NCBI GenBank assembly: GCA_027028245.1
Contig: JALVJO010000136.1
Span: 1,362 to 65,361 of the forward strand
DNA length: 64,000 bases
From: Deltaproteobacteria bacterium
Lineage (GTDB): Bacteria; Desulfobacterota; Dissulfuribacteria; Dissulfuribacterales; QOAL01
Reading direction: 5' to 3'
Positions 38,307-49,028 of the stretch are shown here, in pieces (the first letter of the stretch is position 1; every line of letters starts with the position of its first letter). The position numbers and the translations under genes were made by a program. The notes below the pieces were generated by a model. That model saw only the letters and a list, made by a program, of their open reading frames with translations, ran no database searches and had not been told where the DNA came from.

Positions 38307-38411
38307 GAATGTACGTCTTTCAAATCAGATGCCTGCTGTCAATATTGGAAGGGAAGACTATTTTTTTGTCCCCCCTTTTGGCATTGTCAGGGGTCAACGC
38401 CTCACGACTTC

Positions 38412-39503
38412 TCAAGGCGTAGGAGTCTTTTCAAGATTGAAGGTGCCGTAACATCCCCATTCACTCTGCCATAAACCGCTCACGGTGTTGCCTGTCAGTG
38501 TACCAGTAAAGGTCCCTATTGGTTCTTCCTCTTGGAAATCATCTTCTTCGTAAAAAGTGCCGGAAACATTTCCGGAATCGTCAACGGTGCCCTGTAAGAA
38601 GTAGCTGTTGGCAAAACTGTCTACAGCCTCTCCTGATATAGATTTGTCACAAATTACTATGGTCAGCTGGACAAAATGACCGCATTGGTCATCATCTGAA
38701 TTGGTCACCGGAGCAGTACCTTCGTATGTGGCGGATTTCGTGCCGGCGCACTGGGATACATTGCAGACAAAGGGCACAAGATTCAGCTGTCCCGATACGC
38801 CCTCTATATTGTACGTAAAAGGAATCTCTTCTGAATTTGAAAGGGCTATGGAGCCGTTTCCAACTATGGAAGATGTTACTTCAGAGGAATCCCAGGCACT
38901 TCCAAGGGCGGGACCGCTGAACTTGTATAAATTTCCGGAGGTTGAAGTGATGTCCAAATCCGTACCTGATGTTACCCATATATTATGTCCATTCTTATCG
39001 TAAAGATACCACACCACGTAAACGCTGAGTCCCTCCATAAAAAATCCCATTCCCTGTCCCGGTTTGTCAAGGTCCCAGTACATGACTGCAGCATCGTTGG
39101 CAAAGGGTTCAAGGTTCATAGTGCCGCTGATGTTGCCGATGTTGTAGTGCATTGAAGCACTTTCGGGGCCGTTGAATGTAAGGGTCATGGTCCCTCTCGA
39201 AATTGCCTTGAGTTTGCTTAAGTCCCATGAAGTACCCAACGGAGGTCCGGTATACTGGAAAAGTTCGGTGGTCAAGGAGTTGGCAGAGGCTAGGACACCA
39301 GTAAAGACAAGCCACATGTCCTGGCCGGATTCGTCATAAAGATACCAGGCCCCGCAGATAGAGTCTTGAGTTTGGATAATCGAGATCCCTTGCCCGCCCT
39401 TTGAGGGGTCCCACCATAGACCAGAATAGTTGGCTGCCATGGAGTCAGCAGCGGCAAGTAGAAGAAATAAGCTCAGGGCGATAAAAAGGGATGCCTTATG
39501 CAT
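38412..39503 (-). CDS. Secreted protein, paralog of 14422-15285 (two WWDP-type domains) plus a C-terminal Cys-containing domain
   Basis: The start MHKASLFIALSLFLLLAAADSMA follows AGGAGG. Contains LWWDPSKGGQGISIIQ...WYLYDESGQDMWLVFTG and MYWDLDKPGQGMGFFME...WYLYDKNGHNIWVTSG. Confidence 0.75.
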   Translation of the reverse strand: MHKASLFIALSLFLLLAAADSMAANYSGLWWDPSKGGQGISIIQTQDSICGAWYLYDESGQDMWLVFTGVLASANSLTTELFQYTGPPLGTSWDLSKLKAISRGTMTLTFNGPESASMHYNIGNISGTMNLEPFANDAAVMYWDLDKPGQGMGFFMEGLSVYVVWYLYDKNGHNIWVTSGTDLDITSTSGNLYKFSGPALGSAWDSSEVTSSIVGNGSIALSNSEEIPFTYNIEGVSGQLNLVPFVCNVSQCAGTKSATYEGTAPVTNSDDDQCGHFVQLTIVICDKSISGEAVDSFANSYFLQGTVDDSGNVSGTFYEEDDFQEEEPIGTFTGTLTGNTVSGLWQSEWGCYGTFNLEKTPTP

Positions 39504-39800
39504 TTTTACAGCCTCCTGGAATGATTTGTAAGCCTCGCCATGTCTTTTTCGACCAATTTCATTACCAACTTCAAAAAGACCTAAAGGTTGATGAGGTAGA
39601 TAGGTCTTTTTTCCCGCCATGATGTGAGATTACGTCTGCCTTTGCGCCAAAGATTAACCCTTGCTTTCACCCCTGAATTTACTTGTTCCGATAATAATAT
39701 TGTCTTTCATTCATGTGGAATCGACATCATGGGAGAAGGGATCCAATGTAGTAAAACTTACAGAAGCCCGAGCTACAATGCCAGAACTATTTGTGTCTTC

Positions 39801-41306
39801 ATGAAAAAAACTAAGAAAGATTTCTCAGCTCAGAAGCTGACCAGGTTGAAAAAGGATTTAATCTCGTTCTTTTCAGGGGGGCTGAAGAAAGATGTCGATA
39901 TCGGATACCGTCGTAGGGTCATTCTGCTCAATTTGGTGTGCATTGTGGGAATCATTATACTCATTCCCATGGCTGTGCTTGCCTTTGTTCAGTCTGATCC
40001 TCATCTGGGAACAAGTGATCTTGTAATGGCTGGACTGCTTATTTCTAATATCCTTTATCTTCAAAAGACAGGTTATTATAAGCAGTTTATCTTTTCCAGT
40101 GCTATTCTGGCCATGATCTTTTACATGTATCTTTTCTTTTCCGGCGGGGTAAACAGCACGGCCTTTGTCTGGTATTATACATTTCCTCTGTTTTCACTAT
40201 TTATTCTTGGCACATTTACAGGCAGCATACTGACCTTTATTCTGTTTATGTCAGCATTGATATTTTTCATTATTGATCCGCATAAGCCGTATCTTGCAAA
40301 TTATCCTCTGGATCTGAAATTGCGTTTTATTCCCTCATTTATAACCGTCTATCTATTTGCATACGGCTTTGAATACCTCCGTCAGCAAACAGAAAACAAA
40401 CTCGAAACCTCAAGAAATCATCTGGCCGAAGAAAAGAGAAGGGCAGAAAAGGCCAACCAGGCCAAAAGCGAATTTTTGGCCAACATGAGCCATGAACTGA
40501 GGACACCTTTGAACCATATTATAGGTTTTACTGAACTGGTTCTAGACAAAAACTTTGGTGACTTGAATAAAAAACAGGAAGAATTCCTAACCCATGTGCT
40601 TGACAGCAGCCGCCATCTGCTCTCCTTAATCAATGATATCCTGGATCTTTCCAAGATAGAGGCCGGGAAGCTTGAACTGCATCCATCTAAGGTGCCCATT
40701 AGGATCATTTTGGAAAACAGTCTCATAATGATAAAAGAAAAGTGCCTGAAGCACAGCATAAAGGTTTCCCTTGATATGGAAGCTGTTCCAGAGACCATTC
40801 AAGCTGATGAGCGCAAGCTGAAACAGATTATGTATAATCTGCTTTCAAATGCAGTGAAATTTACACCAGACGGGGGGCAGATACATATCAAGGCCGATCT
40901 GGTTGAATGCTCCAAGTTTGGTTCAAAGGGGGAAAACTGCAAGGGTGACGTAGAGGCACGAGTTTTAGTTGACCAACTATCAGTCATCAAACAATGCATA
41001 CGGGTTTCAGTAGCGGATACCGGTATAGGGCTTAGGCAGGAAGACCTCCAGAAAATTTTCAGGCCCTTTGAACAGGTTGAAAACTCCAAAAGCCGCAAAT
41101 ATCAAGGAACTGGGCTGGGACTTTCCCTTACGAAGCGTCTGGTGGAACTTCACGGGGGATGCATCTGGGCAGAAAGCCGGGGAGAAGGCAAGGGCTGTGT
41201 ATTTTCCTTTTTGATTCCAGTGAGAGATTTTGGGAAGAAGTCAAGGAAGAAAGACTATCAAGACCATCCATTACAACATTCCAATTACCAGAGCCATGAC
41301 TTTTGA
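39801..41306 (+). CDS. Membrane sensor histidine kinase
   Basis: About 6 TM helices. HisKA H-box [14 protein letters not shown]. HATPase_c N, G1 and G2 boxes ([24 protein letters not shown]). Start chosen at MKKTKKD. Confidence 0.9.
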   Translation: MKKTKKDFSAQKLTRLKKDLISFFSGGLKKDVDIGYRRRVILLNLVCIVGIIILIPMAVLAFVQSDPHLGTSDLVMAGLLISNILYLQKTGYYKQFIFSSAILAMIFYMYLFFSGGVNSTAFVWYYTFPLFSLFILGTFTGSILTFILFMSALIFFIIDPHKPYLANYPLDLKLRFIPSFITVYLFAYGFEYLRQQTENKLETSRNHLAEEKRRAEKANQAKSEFLANMSHELRTPLNHIIGFTELVLDKNFGDLNKKQEEFLTHVLDSSRHLLSLINDILDLSKIEAGKLELHPSKVPIRIILENSLIMIKEKCLKHSIKVSLDMEAVPETIQADERKLKQIMYNLLSNAVKFTPDGGQIHIKADLVECSKFGSKGENCKGDVEARVLVDQLSVIKQCIRVSVADTGIGLRQEDLQKIFRPFEQVENSKSRKYQGTGLGLSLTKRLVELHGGCIWAESRGEGKGCVFSFLIPVRDFGKKSRKKDYQDHPLQHSNYQSHDF

Positions 41307-41520
41307 GCTCCACAACTTATCCCTGCTCTTTTTCCCAAGTATTAAAGATCACACCCCCCGGGCCTTTTCAAATACACAAAATTTTTGACGCAAGTTTGCT
41401 GATAATAATCGCGCAGTCTTGCTGGAATGGCATTAATTTTTTTCATCCCTCGAACTTGAAAAATGTCAAATCTGACCAATGTTTAACCGATAAAAAAATT
41501 ATATAAAACAGGAGAAATCC

Positions 41521-42684
41521 ATGGAAACCAAGAATATTTTGGTCGTTGATGACGAACCGGTAAATATCAAGATATTGAAGGCCATGTTGTCTTCGGAAAG
41601 CTTCAATGTCATCCAGTCTTCCAGTGGCTCGGAGACCCTAAAATTAATTGAACAGGATCTGCCTGATCTGATCTTGCTAGACGTGATGATGCCGGACATG
41701 GACGGTTTCGAAGTCTGCAGCATTATCAAAAGCCAGCAAGACATGCGCAGAGTCCCTATTCTCATGGTGACTGCTCTTCGAGACAAGATTCATCGGCAGA
41801 AGGCCATGGAGGCAGGTGCAGATGATTTCCTTTCTAAACCCATTGACCGAATAGAGCTATTGATAAGGGTAAAATCTCTCCTGAGGATAAAGCAGTATTC
41901 TGATGAGCAGCTGGAACATCTGAAAATCCTGCAGCAAAAGAATCAGAAGCTTAAAGAACTCGAAAGGATTAAGGACGGACTTACCCACATGATCATTCAT
42001 GATCTGCGGGGTCCGCTTACGAGCATATCCATGAATATCGAGCTTTGCCTTATGAAACTAGAGGAAGATCTTCCCATAAGAAAATACCTGGAAAACACAG
42101 GTAATCTATGCCTTTATCTCAATGAAATGATAGGGGGCCTGCTTGATGTCCACAGGATGGAAAAAGGCCAGCTCAAGCTCGAAATCGGCCCCATAGACCC
42201 CAAGGAGCTTGTTTCAGATGCATTGGAGCAGTTCAAGCCCCAACTGGAGGCCAAGCAGATAGATTTGTCATTGGCCATAGCTGGAGACACCCCTCCCTTT
42301 GACGCGGATTACCGCCTCATAAAAAGGGTAATCGGCAACTTGCTGGATAACGCCATCCGGCATACACCTGTCCAGGGGAAAATAGTGGTTTATGCCGGGC
42401 CTGATCAGGTCCAAAAAAGAATAATGATAAAGGTGTCTGACAACGGACGAGGAATTGAAAAAAAATATCGGGCCAAAATTTTTGATAAATTTGAACAGGT
42501 GAAGTTGAAAAAGGAAGGCATTTCCACCGGAAGTGCAGGACTTGGGCTTGCCTTTTGCAAGATGGCTGTAGAAATGCATGGGGGGGACATAATAGTAGGA
42601 GAGGGAATCGGGGGCAGAGGTTGTTCCTTTTCTTGTATCCTTCCCATTCGGCCCGATTTGAACCAAGTAACTGTGGACCATTAA
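41521..42684 (+). CDS. Hybrid response regulator-histidine kinase (REC-HisKA-HATPase)
   Basis: REC domain (ILVVDDEP...LLDVMMPDMDG...K). H-box HMIIHDLRGPL. ATPase boxes (LLDNAIRHTP, DNGRGI, GLGLAFC). Confidence 0.9.
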   Translation: METKNILVVDDEPVNIKILKAMLSSESFNVIQSSSGSETLKLIEQDLPDLILLDVMMPDMDGFEVCSIIKSQQDMRRVPILMVTALRDKIHRQKAMEAGADDFLSKPIDRIELLIRVKSLLRIKQYSDEQLEHLKILQQKNQKLKELERIKDGLTHMIIHDLRGPLTSISMNIELCLMKLEEDLPIRKYLENTGNLCLYLNEMIGGLLDVHRMEKGQLKLEIGPIDPKELVSDALEQFKPQLEAKQIDLSLAIAGDTPPFDADYRLIKRVIGNLLDNAIRHTPVQGKIVVYAGPDQVQKRIMIKVSDNGRGIEKKYRAKIFDKFEQVKLKKEGISTGSAGLGLAFCKMAVEMHGGDIIVGEGIGGRGCSFSCILPIRPDLNQVTVDH

Positions 42685-42708
42685 TGGGGATCTGGGAGGT
42701 TAAAAAAT

Positions 42709-43098
42709 ATGAACCAGAAAACCGTTTTAGTTATCGAAGATAACCACGTAAATATGAAGCTTGTGCGGACGCTTCTCAAAATAGGAAACTACCAAGTACT
42801 AGAGGCAATCGATGCTGAAACAGGCATTGAGATGGCAAAGAAGCACAGGCCCGATCTTATCCTCATGGATATCCAGCTGCCGGGAATCGACGGCTTTGAG
42901 GCAACTTCCATCCTTAAATCCAGTGAAGATACCAGGTATATTCCAATAGTCGCACTTACTTCCTATGCAATGGACGGTGATAAAAAAAAGGCAGAGGAAG
43001 CAGGGTGTGACGGGTACGCCTGCAAGCCCATCAATACAAGGACATTTCTGGATGAACTTACTCCTTTTTTCCAGGACAGTACTATAAAGGACTTGTAA
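42709..43098 (+). CDS. Single-domain CheY-like response regulator
   Basis: 129 aa. VLVIEDNHVN...ILMDIQLPGIDG...ALTSYAM...KP. Confidence 0.9.
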   Translation: MNQKTVLVIEDNHVNMKLVRTLLKIGNYQVLEAIDAETGIEMAKKHRPDLILMDIQLPGIDGFEATSILKSSEDTRYIPIVALTSYAMDGDKKKAEEAGCDGYACKPINTRTFLDELTPFFQDSTIKDL

Positions 43099-43103
43099 TA
43101 GGC

Positions 43104-45128
43104 ATGAATCGAGATATGTATAGAGTGCTTAAGTCGTTGTTCCTGGCTGTTTTTCTGGCACTGGGCTTCCCTGTTGACGTACTTTCCCAGCCAGAGGACA
43201 ATACCCTTCGTTACTTGAAAAACCTCTCCATTGAACAGCTGGCATCCATTGAAGTTACTACTGTTTCCAAGACCGAAGAGAAGCTGTCTGATGTGGATGC
43301 AGCAGTTTATGTCATAACATCTGAAGATATACGCAGAAGCGGACTTACATCCATTCCGGAAATACTTCGCATGGCGCCCGGTCTGCAGGTGGCCAGGATA
43401 GACTCAAACCAGTGGGCCATAAGTGCCCGGGGATTCAATGCCTGGTTCGCGGACAAGCTCCTGGTCCTGATAGATGGAAGAAGTGTGTATACTCCACTTT
43501 TTTCAGGCGTCTCCTGGAATATCCAAGATACCCTCCTGGATGATATAGAGCGTATAGAAGTGATTCGCGGCCCCGGTGCTGCTCTCTGGGGTGCAAACGC
43601 TGTAAATGGGGTGATCAATATCATAACCAAGAAGGCCCAGGAGACCCAGGGCGGCCTTATAAAGGCAGGAGGAGGAAGTATAGAGCAAGGCTTCGGGGCA
43701 GTGCGCTACGGAGGCAGGATAGGAGATAAAGGTTATTACCGGGCCTATGCCAAGTATTTCAACAGGGGGCCATTCAAAAAAAGAAACGGACACGATGCGG
43801 ATGACGACTGGGACATGGCAAGGGTTGGATTCCGCATGGACCTTGACCTGTCATCGCGTTCTTATCTCACTCTGGATGGTGATATTTATGACAGCCGGAC
43901 CCATGATACCCTAGACATGGAGTCCGTTCCGGCAAGTGTTCAAACGGGTGAAAGGTTGACGGAAGACTTTACTGGAGGACACCTGCTGGGGCGCTTGACA
44001 CGAAGATTACAAGATGAATCTTTGATGACCTTCCAATGGTATTATGACCGAACCGACTGGGATTCCGATTTCATTAAAGAAACCAGGGACACAATAGATC
44101 TGGACTTTCAGCATTCCTTCAAGGCATTCGACAGGCACAATGTTGTCTGGGGCCTTGAATACCGCATGTATCATGACAACCTTCCCGAGACTGTAGCTTT
44201 TAAATTCCAGCCCAAAAGCCGCATTGAAAACATGTTCTCTGGTTTTTTGCAGGATCAGATCTCCATCATCCCGGGGAAGCTGGATTTTACTCTGGGGACC
44301 AAACTCGAGCATAATTATTTCAGTGGATTTGAAGTGCAGCCAAGCGGCAGGCTGAGATTCAAGCCCACCAAAACCCAGACCTTTTGGGCAGCCGTTTCCA
44401 GGGCGGTGAGGACCCCTTCCCGGGCCGATCGCGATATGAATTTGCTGCTCAATGAAATTAAAATAGGCCCAATAGACAACATATTTGTTATCAAGGGAAG
44501 TGATGATTTTGATTCTGAAGAATTAATTTCCTATGAGGCAGGATACAGGATAACGCCCCGGGAGCGTTTCTCCTTTGATATATCCACTTTTTATAATGTT
44601 TATCGGGATCTTAGGGCTACCATACCGGCTGAACCCACGCAAAAGAAGGATTATGAAACACAGAATATCGTTCGCGTTATCCCATTGGAGATAAAAAACC
44701 AGTTCCACGAGGACAGTTACGGCCTTGAAGCGTCCGGTACCATGCAGTTGACGAGGTGGTGGAAGGCAAGCATTAACTATTCATGGCTGAAGATGAGAAT
44801 TCATACAGATAAAGAGATGGTTGGTTTTGAACTTGATGAAGGCAATATCCCAAGGAATCAGTTTTCCATGCGCAGTTACATGGATCTGCCGTACAACGTG
44901 CAGTTCGATACCCTGCTCTTTTATGTTGATTCCCTGCCGGAAATGGACATTCCAAGCTATACTCGTCTGGATTTCAGGCTTGGATATCATCCCTTTAAAC
45001 ATTTATCAGTTGATCTGAAACTGCAGAACATGCTGGACAATCGTCATCCTGAATATGTTAATATCGGAGGAATTGCTTCATCGGAGGTTCCGCGAAGCTT
45101 TTACGGAAAAATAACGTGGCACTTTTAG
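43104..45128 (+). CDS. TonB-dependent outer-membrane receptor
   Basis: Signal peptide. Plug domain (VYVITSEDIRRSGLTSIPEILRMAPGLQV). Beta-barrel ending in ...KITWHF. Confidence 0.9.
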   Translation: MNRDMYRVLKSLFLAVFLALGFPVDVLSQPEDNTLRYLKNLSIEQLASIEVTTVSKTEEKLSDVDAAVYVITSEDIRRSGLTSIPEILRMAPGLQVARIDSNQWAISARGFNAWFADKLLVLIDGRSVYTPLFSGVSWNIQDTLLDDIERIEVIRGPGAALWGANAVNGVINIITKKAQETQGGLIKAGGGSIEQGFGAVRYGGRIGDKGYYRAYAKYFNRGPFKKRNGHDADDDWDMARVGFRMDLDLSSRSYLTLDGDIYDSRTHDTLDMESVPASVQTGERLTEDFTGGHLLGRLTRRLQDESLMTFQWYYDRTDWDSDFIKETRDTIDLDFQHSFKAFDRHNVVWGLEYRMYHDNLPETVAFKFQPKSRIENMFSGFLQDQISIIPGKLDFTLGTKLEHNYFSGFEVQPSGRLRFKPTKTQTFWAAVSRAVRTPSRADRDMNLLLNEIKIGPIDNIFVIKGSDDFDSEELISYEAGYRITPRERFSFDISTFYNVYRDLRATIPAEPTQKKDYETQNIVRVIPLEIKNQFHEDSYGLEASGTMQLTRWWKASINYSWLKMRIHTDKEMVGFELDEGNIPRNQFSMRSYMDLPYNVQFDTLLFYVDSLPEMDIPSYTRLDFRLGYHPFKHLSVDLKLQNMLDNRHPEYVNIGGIASSEVPRSFYGKITWHF

Positions 45129-45718
45129 TGTTCAAAGAGAAAAGAGAAAGTTTTTTTTCTTTTTGGGCCATTGAGCTACTGGTCTTTTCTGGCCTTTTTT
45201 TTACCCTCTGTCTTTCAGTTTCCTCGGGCCTTACAGTCAAGGCGGATCAGGTAAGGGCAGCTTTCATTTACAATCTGACCAGTTTCATCAAGTGGTCAAA
45301 TGCCTATGAACAAAACACGGATAACCAATTCTTGATTGTTGTTCTTGGTGACCGTGAGGTGGCACGTAATCTGGAACTTCTGACCGAGGGCGACGAATTA
45401 AAAGGCAGATTTTTCAAAATAAGATATACCAGATTTCCTGGGGACGTGAATTACTGCAACGTGCTTTACGCAGATAAATCCGTTGCCGATCAACTAAGTA
45501 CAGAATTTTTAAAAAGACTCAATGATCATCGGGTCCTCACCATAGGGGATTCGTTTTCCTTCCTGAAAAAGGGGGGTATCGTAGCTTTAATCCAGGCAGA
45601 AAAGCGCATAAAAATATTTATCAATATGACGGCAGCAAAACAGGCCGGGCTGTCCTTTAATGCTCAGCTGCTCAAGGTTGCCGGGATATTTTCTGAAAAA
45701 GAAGGGGGAGTTAGATGA
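45116..45718 (+). CDS. YfiR-like periplasmic protein (DUF4154)
   Basis: VRAAFIYNLTSFIKWSN and VLTIGD...GGIVALI motifs. GTG start overlaps the TBDR end. Confidence 0.78.
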   Translation: MALLVFKEKRESFFSFWAIELLVFSGLFFTLCLSVSSGLTVKADQVRAAFIYNLTSFIKWSNAYEQNTDNQFLIVVLGDREVARNLELLTEGDELKGRFFKIRYTRFPGDVNYCNVLYADKSVADQLSTEFLKRLNDHRVLTIGDSFSFLKKGGIVALIQAEKRIKIFINMTAAKQAGLSFNAQLLKVAGIFSEKEGGVR

Positions 45719-47883
45719 TGCTGATAGATTATCGGAAACTCCCTCTTAAAAAGAAGCTGACCATTATTATCCTTGCTACGTCAGGCCTCATGATAATGGT
45801 AGTTTCTGCGATTCTTCTGGCAAATGAAGCGTTTTCTATAAAAAGGTCCGTACTGCACAACCTTTCCACAATAGCAGAAATCACGGCGATAAACAGTACT
45901 GCTGCCCTGAGCTTTGAATCTCCGGAAACGGCTGAGGAACTCCTCCATGCTCTAAAGGCAGAACCTCATATTGTTGCAGCGGCCATTTATTCCCGAGACG
46001 GCAGGTTATTTTCCAAATATTCGGTGTCTTCCAAGGAAAAGCTGCCTGAAAAAATAGATATAGAAAGGCTCTTTGGAAAACCTCAGATAGGTTCTGGTGC
46101 TTATCTGTACCAACCAGACAGGGCGGAATCCAGGGGCTTTATTCTAGTGGCCGTTCCAGTCAAAATAAATAACAAATTGATAGGGGCATTTTTGGTACAG
46201 GCAGACCGAAGCTGGATATACAGGCATATCAAGCTTTTCACCTTAATTGTTTTTTTCATAATGGCAGGCCTTATTGTTATTTCTTACTTCATATCTGCCA
46301 GGTTGCAGAGGATCGTTTCAGAGCCCATTGAACAACTTGCAGCTGCAATGCAAAAGGTGAAGAAGAAGCAGGATTTTTCGCTGCGCGTCAATACTCATGG
46401 AAGTAGCGACGAATTAGGATTGTTGATGGATGGCTTCAACAACATGCTTGAACAGCTGCAAAACAGAGATAAAGAGCTGGAAGAAAAAAGGCAAGAGCTG
46501 GAAAGGCAGGTGAAACTTCGGACAGAGGCGTTGAAATTAAGCGAAGCTCAAAAACAAAAGCTTTGGCTCCAGAAGAAGATTCAGCAGGCTTACAGTGAAC
46601 TTGTCACTCAAATGAATACCATAGATGTAAGCGCAATGTTGGCAACATGCCTTTTTCAAATGTCAGAGGTATCAGGAATGTTATGGGGTGCGGTCTTCTT
46701 GAGGGAAAAAGGAGGCCGGGGCTTAACCTTGAAGGGAGTTTATAAGGACGCCATGACCGAGGAATGGCAGAGGCAGAATGCAGCGTATCTGTCTCAAATG
46801 GAGCGAATCGGGATGAAGGAGGCGAAAAGGGTCGTCTGCAGCGGAAAGCCTTCCATAGAAAAACTAGACCATGATCCAGAAAGGGGTATGTTTGTCCCCC
46901 TGGTGATTGTAGCCTTTCCCCTGGAATTTCAAACCAAGAGGATCGGGGCCTTGGTCCTTCTCGGCCCAAGGCAGCCAAACGATTATACCTTGACCTTCTT
47001 GAGCAATTCCACCAAGCAACTAGGCGTAGCAATTCACAATGCCATGATATTTGAAGACCTTTCGAAGAAATCGGCGGAACTTGAACACAGCAATTTGGAA
47101 CTTCAAAGGGCATCGAGGATGAAGAGTGACTTTCTGGCCAACATGAGCCACGAACTTCGAACTCCTTTAAATGCGATATTGGGTTTTTCAGAGCTGCTTC
47201 TTGACGAGCACCTGGGCAAGCTCACCGATGAGCAGAAAGATTATCTTAAAGACATATTTGAAAGCGGAAAGCATCTTCTCGGTCTGATCAACGACATCCT
47301 GGATCTTTCCAAGATAGAGGCGGGGAAGGCCGAGCTTATAGTGGAAACTCTCAGGGTGAAGGACATCCTGGAGTCCAGCCTTACCATGATTCGCTATAAG
47401 GCCATTAAACACAATATCAATCTTTCGCTTCATATAGATGAATCTGTTCCTGAGGTCATAAAGGCCGATCAACAAAAATTCAAGCAGATTGCATACAACC
47501 TGGTTTCAAATGCAGTGAAATTTACTCCGGACAATGGGGAAATAGCATTGAAAGCCAAGGTTGTAACCAGGTCCTGGATGAAAGAAAATGTTCCCAAAGA
47601 CTTCTGTAATGATAACATTATGGACAAGGGCCATCCCAATGACAAATTTTTGGCTGTTTCGGTAAAAGACACCGGCATCGGAATAGATGAAAGTCATCTC
47701 CACAAGATTTTTGACGCTTTTGAACAGGTCGATTCATCGCGTGCAAAAAGATATAAGGGTACAGGTCTTGGGCTTGCGTTGTGCAAAAACCTGGTGGAAC
47801 TTCATGGAGGTGTAATTTGGGCGGAGAGTGTTCCTGGTGAGGGAAGTATTTTTTCCTTCACTATTGCTTTGCCTGCCGACTGA
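45715..47883 (+). CDS. Sensor histidine kinase with CHASE8-like periplasmic domain, HAMP, coiled coil, GAF-like region, HisKA and HATPase
   Basis: The N-terminal TM-sensor-TM region has ALKAEPHIVAAAIYSRDGRLFSKY. H-box [14 protein letters not shown]. ATPase boxes [16 protein letters not shown] and GTGLGLAL. Confidence 0.85.
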   Translation: MMLIDYRKLPLKKKLTIIILATSGLMIMVVSAILLANEAFSIKRSVLHNLSTIAEITAINSTAALSFESPETAEELLHALKAEPHIVAAAIYSRDGRLFSKYSVSSKEKLPEKIDIERLFGKPQIGSGAYLYQPDRAESRGFILVAVPVKINNKLIGAFLVQADRSWIYRHIKLFTLIVFFIMAGLIVISYFISARLQRIVSEPIEQLAAAMQKVKKKQDFSLRVNTHGSSDELGLLMDGFNNMLEQLQNRDKELEEKRQELERQVKLRTEALKLSEAQKQKLWLQKKIQQAYSELVTQMNTIDVSAMLATCLFQMSEVSGMLWGAVFLREKGGRGLTLKGVYKDAMTEEWQRQNAAYLSQMERIGMKEAKRVVCSGKPSIEKLDHDPERGMFVPLVIVAFPLEFQTKRIGALVLLGPRQPNDYTLTFLSNSTKQLGVAIHNAMIFEDLSKKSAELEHSNLELQRASRMKSDFLANMSHELRTPLNAILGFSELLLDEHLGKLTDEQKDYLKDIFESGKHLLGLINDILDLSKIEAGKAELIVETLRVKDILESSLTMIRYKAIKHNINLSLHIDESVPEVIKADQQKFKQIAYNLVSNAVKFTPDNGEIALKAKVVTRSWMKENVPKDFCNDNIMDKGHPNDKFLAVSVKDTGIGIDESHLHKIFDAFEQVDSSRAKRYKGTGLGLALCKNLVELHGGVIWAESVPGEGSIFSFTIALPAD

Positions 47884-48098
47884 TTCTTACAATCAGTACA
47901 GCATATAAAATTCTTGCACCCAGAAGACAAACTCATCTTTGTCTACACTGTCTTAATCTTCTTGACTTTCTTGCAATTTTGTTGCAATAACAATTGGTTT
48001 GTTTCCGGCCTGCGTTAAAAGAATGCAATAAGGCAGGATTTTTGTCCATTCCAGGACATCTACAGGGCAAATCTGGGCAGGGGAGAAAGGGCCTTCTT

Positions 48099-49028
48099 AT
48101 GAAAAACCATATCACCTTTTATAACCGTTTGAGGCTTTTCAAAGCAGGTCTCTTACCCTTTGTGCTTCTGTGCGCGGTATTTTGGTGCAGTCAGCTCCAG
48201 GCCTTCCAGAAAGTGGATGCTGTGGTAAGTATTCTGCCGCAGAAGTTTTTCGTTGAGAAAATAGGCGGGGACAGGGTGAATGTGTCCGTCATGGTTGAAC
48301 CAGGTGCTGACCCTGCCTCTTATGAACCAAGACCGAGGCAGATGGTCATGCTTGGCAGGGCAGAGGTCTATTTTGCAGTGGGGGTGCCGTTTGAAAAGAG
48401 CTGGCTGCCTCGGTTTAAGGAAATAAATCCGAGGCTTGATATAGTTCCAACCCAGGAAGGGATCAGGCTTTTTCCCATGGGCCATGAAAAAGGCAGGGGT
48501 AAAGCCCGGCACCCTTCTGACAAAGAGATCATGGATCCCCATGTATGGCTTTCTCCCCCCCTGGTCATGATCCAAGCCAGGAATATAGTGACGGCACTTA
48601 TAAAGAAAAGGCCGGAAGATGCCGAATATTTCCGAAGGCGATACCTTTCTTTCGTTCAGTCCGTTGCAGGGCTGGATCTCGAGATCTTCAAGATGTTTCA
48701 GGCCTCAGGCGTCGGGCAGGCAAGGAAGGGGATATTCATGGTTTATCATCCCTGCTGGGGATATTTTGCCAGGGCATACGGCTTGAAGCAGATAGCCATT
48801 GAGCAGGAGGGCAAGGAACCCAAGCCGGCATATCTGGCAAAGCTTGCAGGCATTGCAAAAAAACTGGGTATAGAATCAATCTTGATACAGCCTCAATATT
48901 CAAAAAGAAGTGCCCAGGCTGTTGCCGATTCCATAGGGGCTGTACTGGTTACGGCAGATCCCTTGGCCTACGACTGGGCAGCCAATCTGCTTTCCGTTGC
49001 CGGAAAGATCAAAAAGGCCCTCAAATGA
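48099..49028 (+). CDS. znuA: Metal (Zn/Mn-type, cluster A-I) ABC transporter substrate-binding protein
   Basis: ZnuA/TroA-like pattern (DPHVWLSP, YHPCWGYFARAYGL) with a His-containing loop. Start chosen at MKNHITF. Confidence 0.82.
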   Translation: MKNHITFYNRLRLFKAGLLPFVLLCAVFWCSQLQAFQKVDAVVSILPQKFFVEKIGGDRVNVSVMVEPGADPASYEPRPRQMVMLGRAEVYFAVGVPFEKSWLPRFKEINPRLDIVPTQEGIRLFPMGHEKGRGKARHPSDKEIMDPHVWLSPPLVMIQARNIVTALIKKRPEDAEYFRRRYLSFVQSVAGLDLEIFKMFQASGVGQARKGIFMVYHPCWGYFARAYGLKQIAIEQEGKEPKPAYLAKLAGIAKKLGIESILIQPQYSKRSAQAVADSIGAVLVTADPLAYDWAANLLSVAGKIKKALK

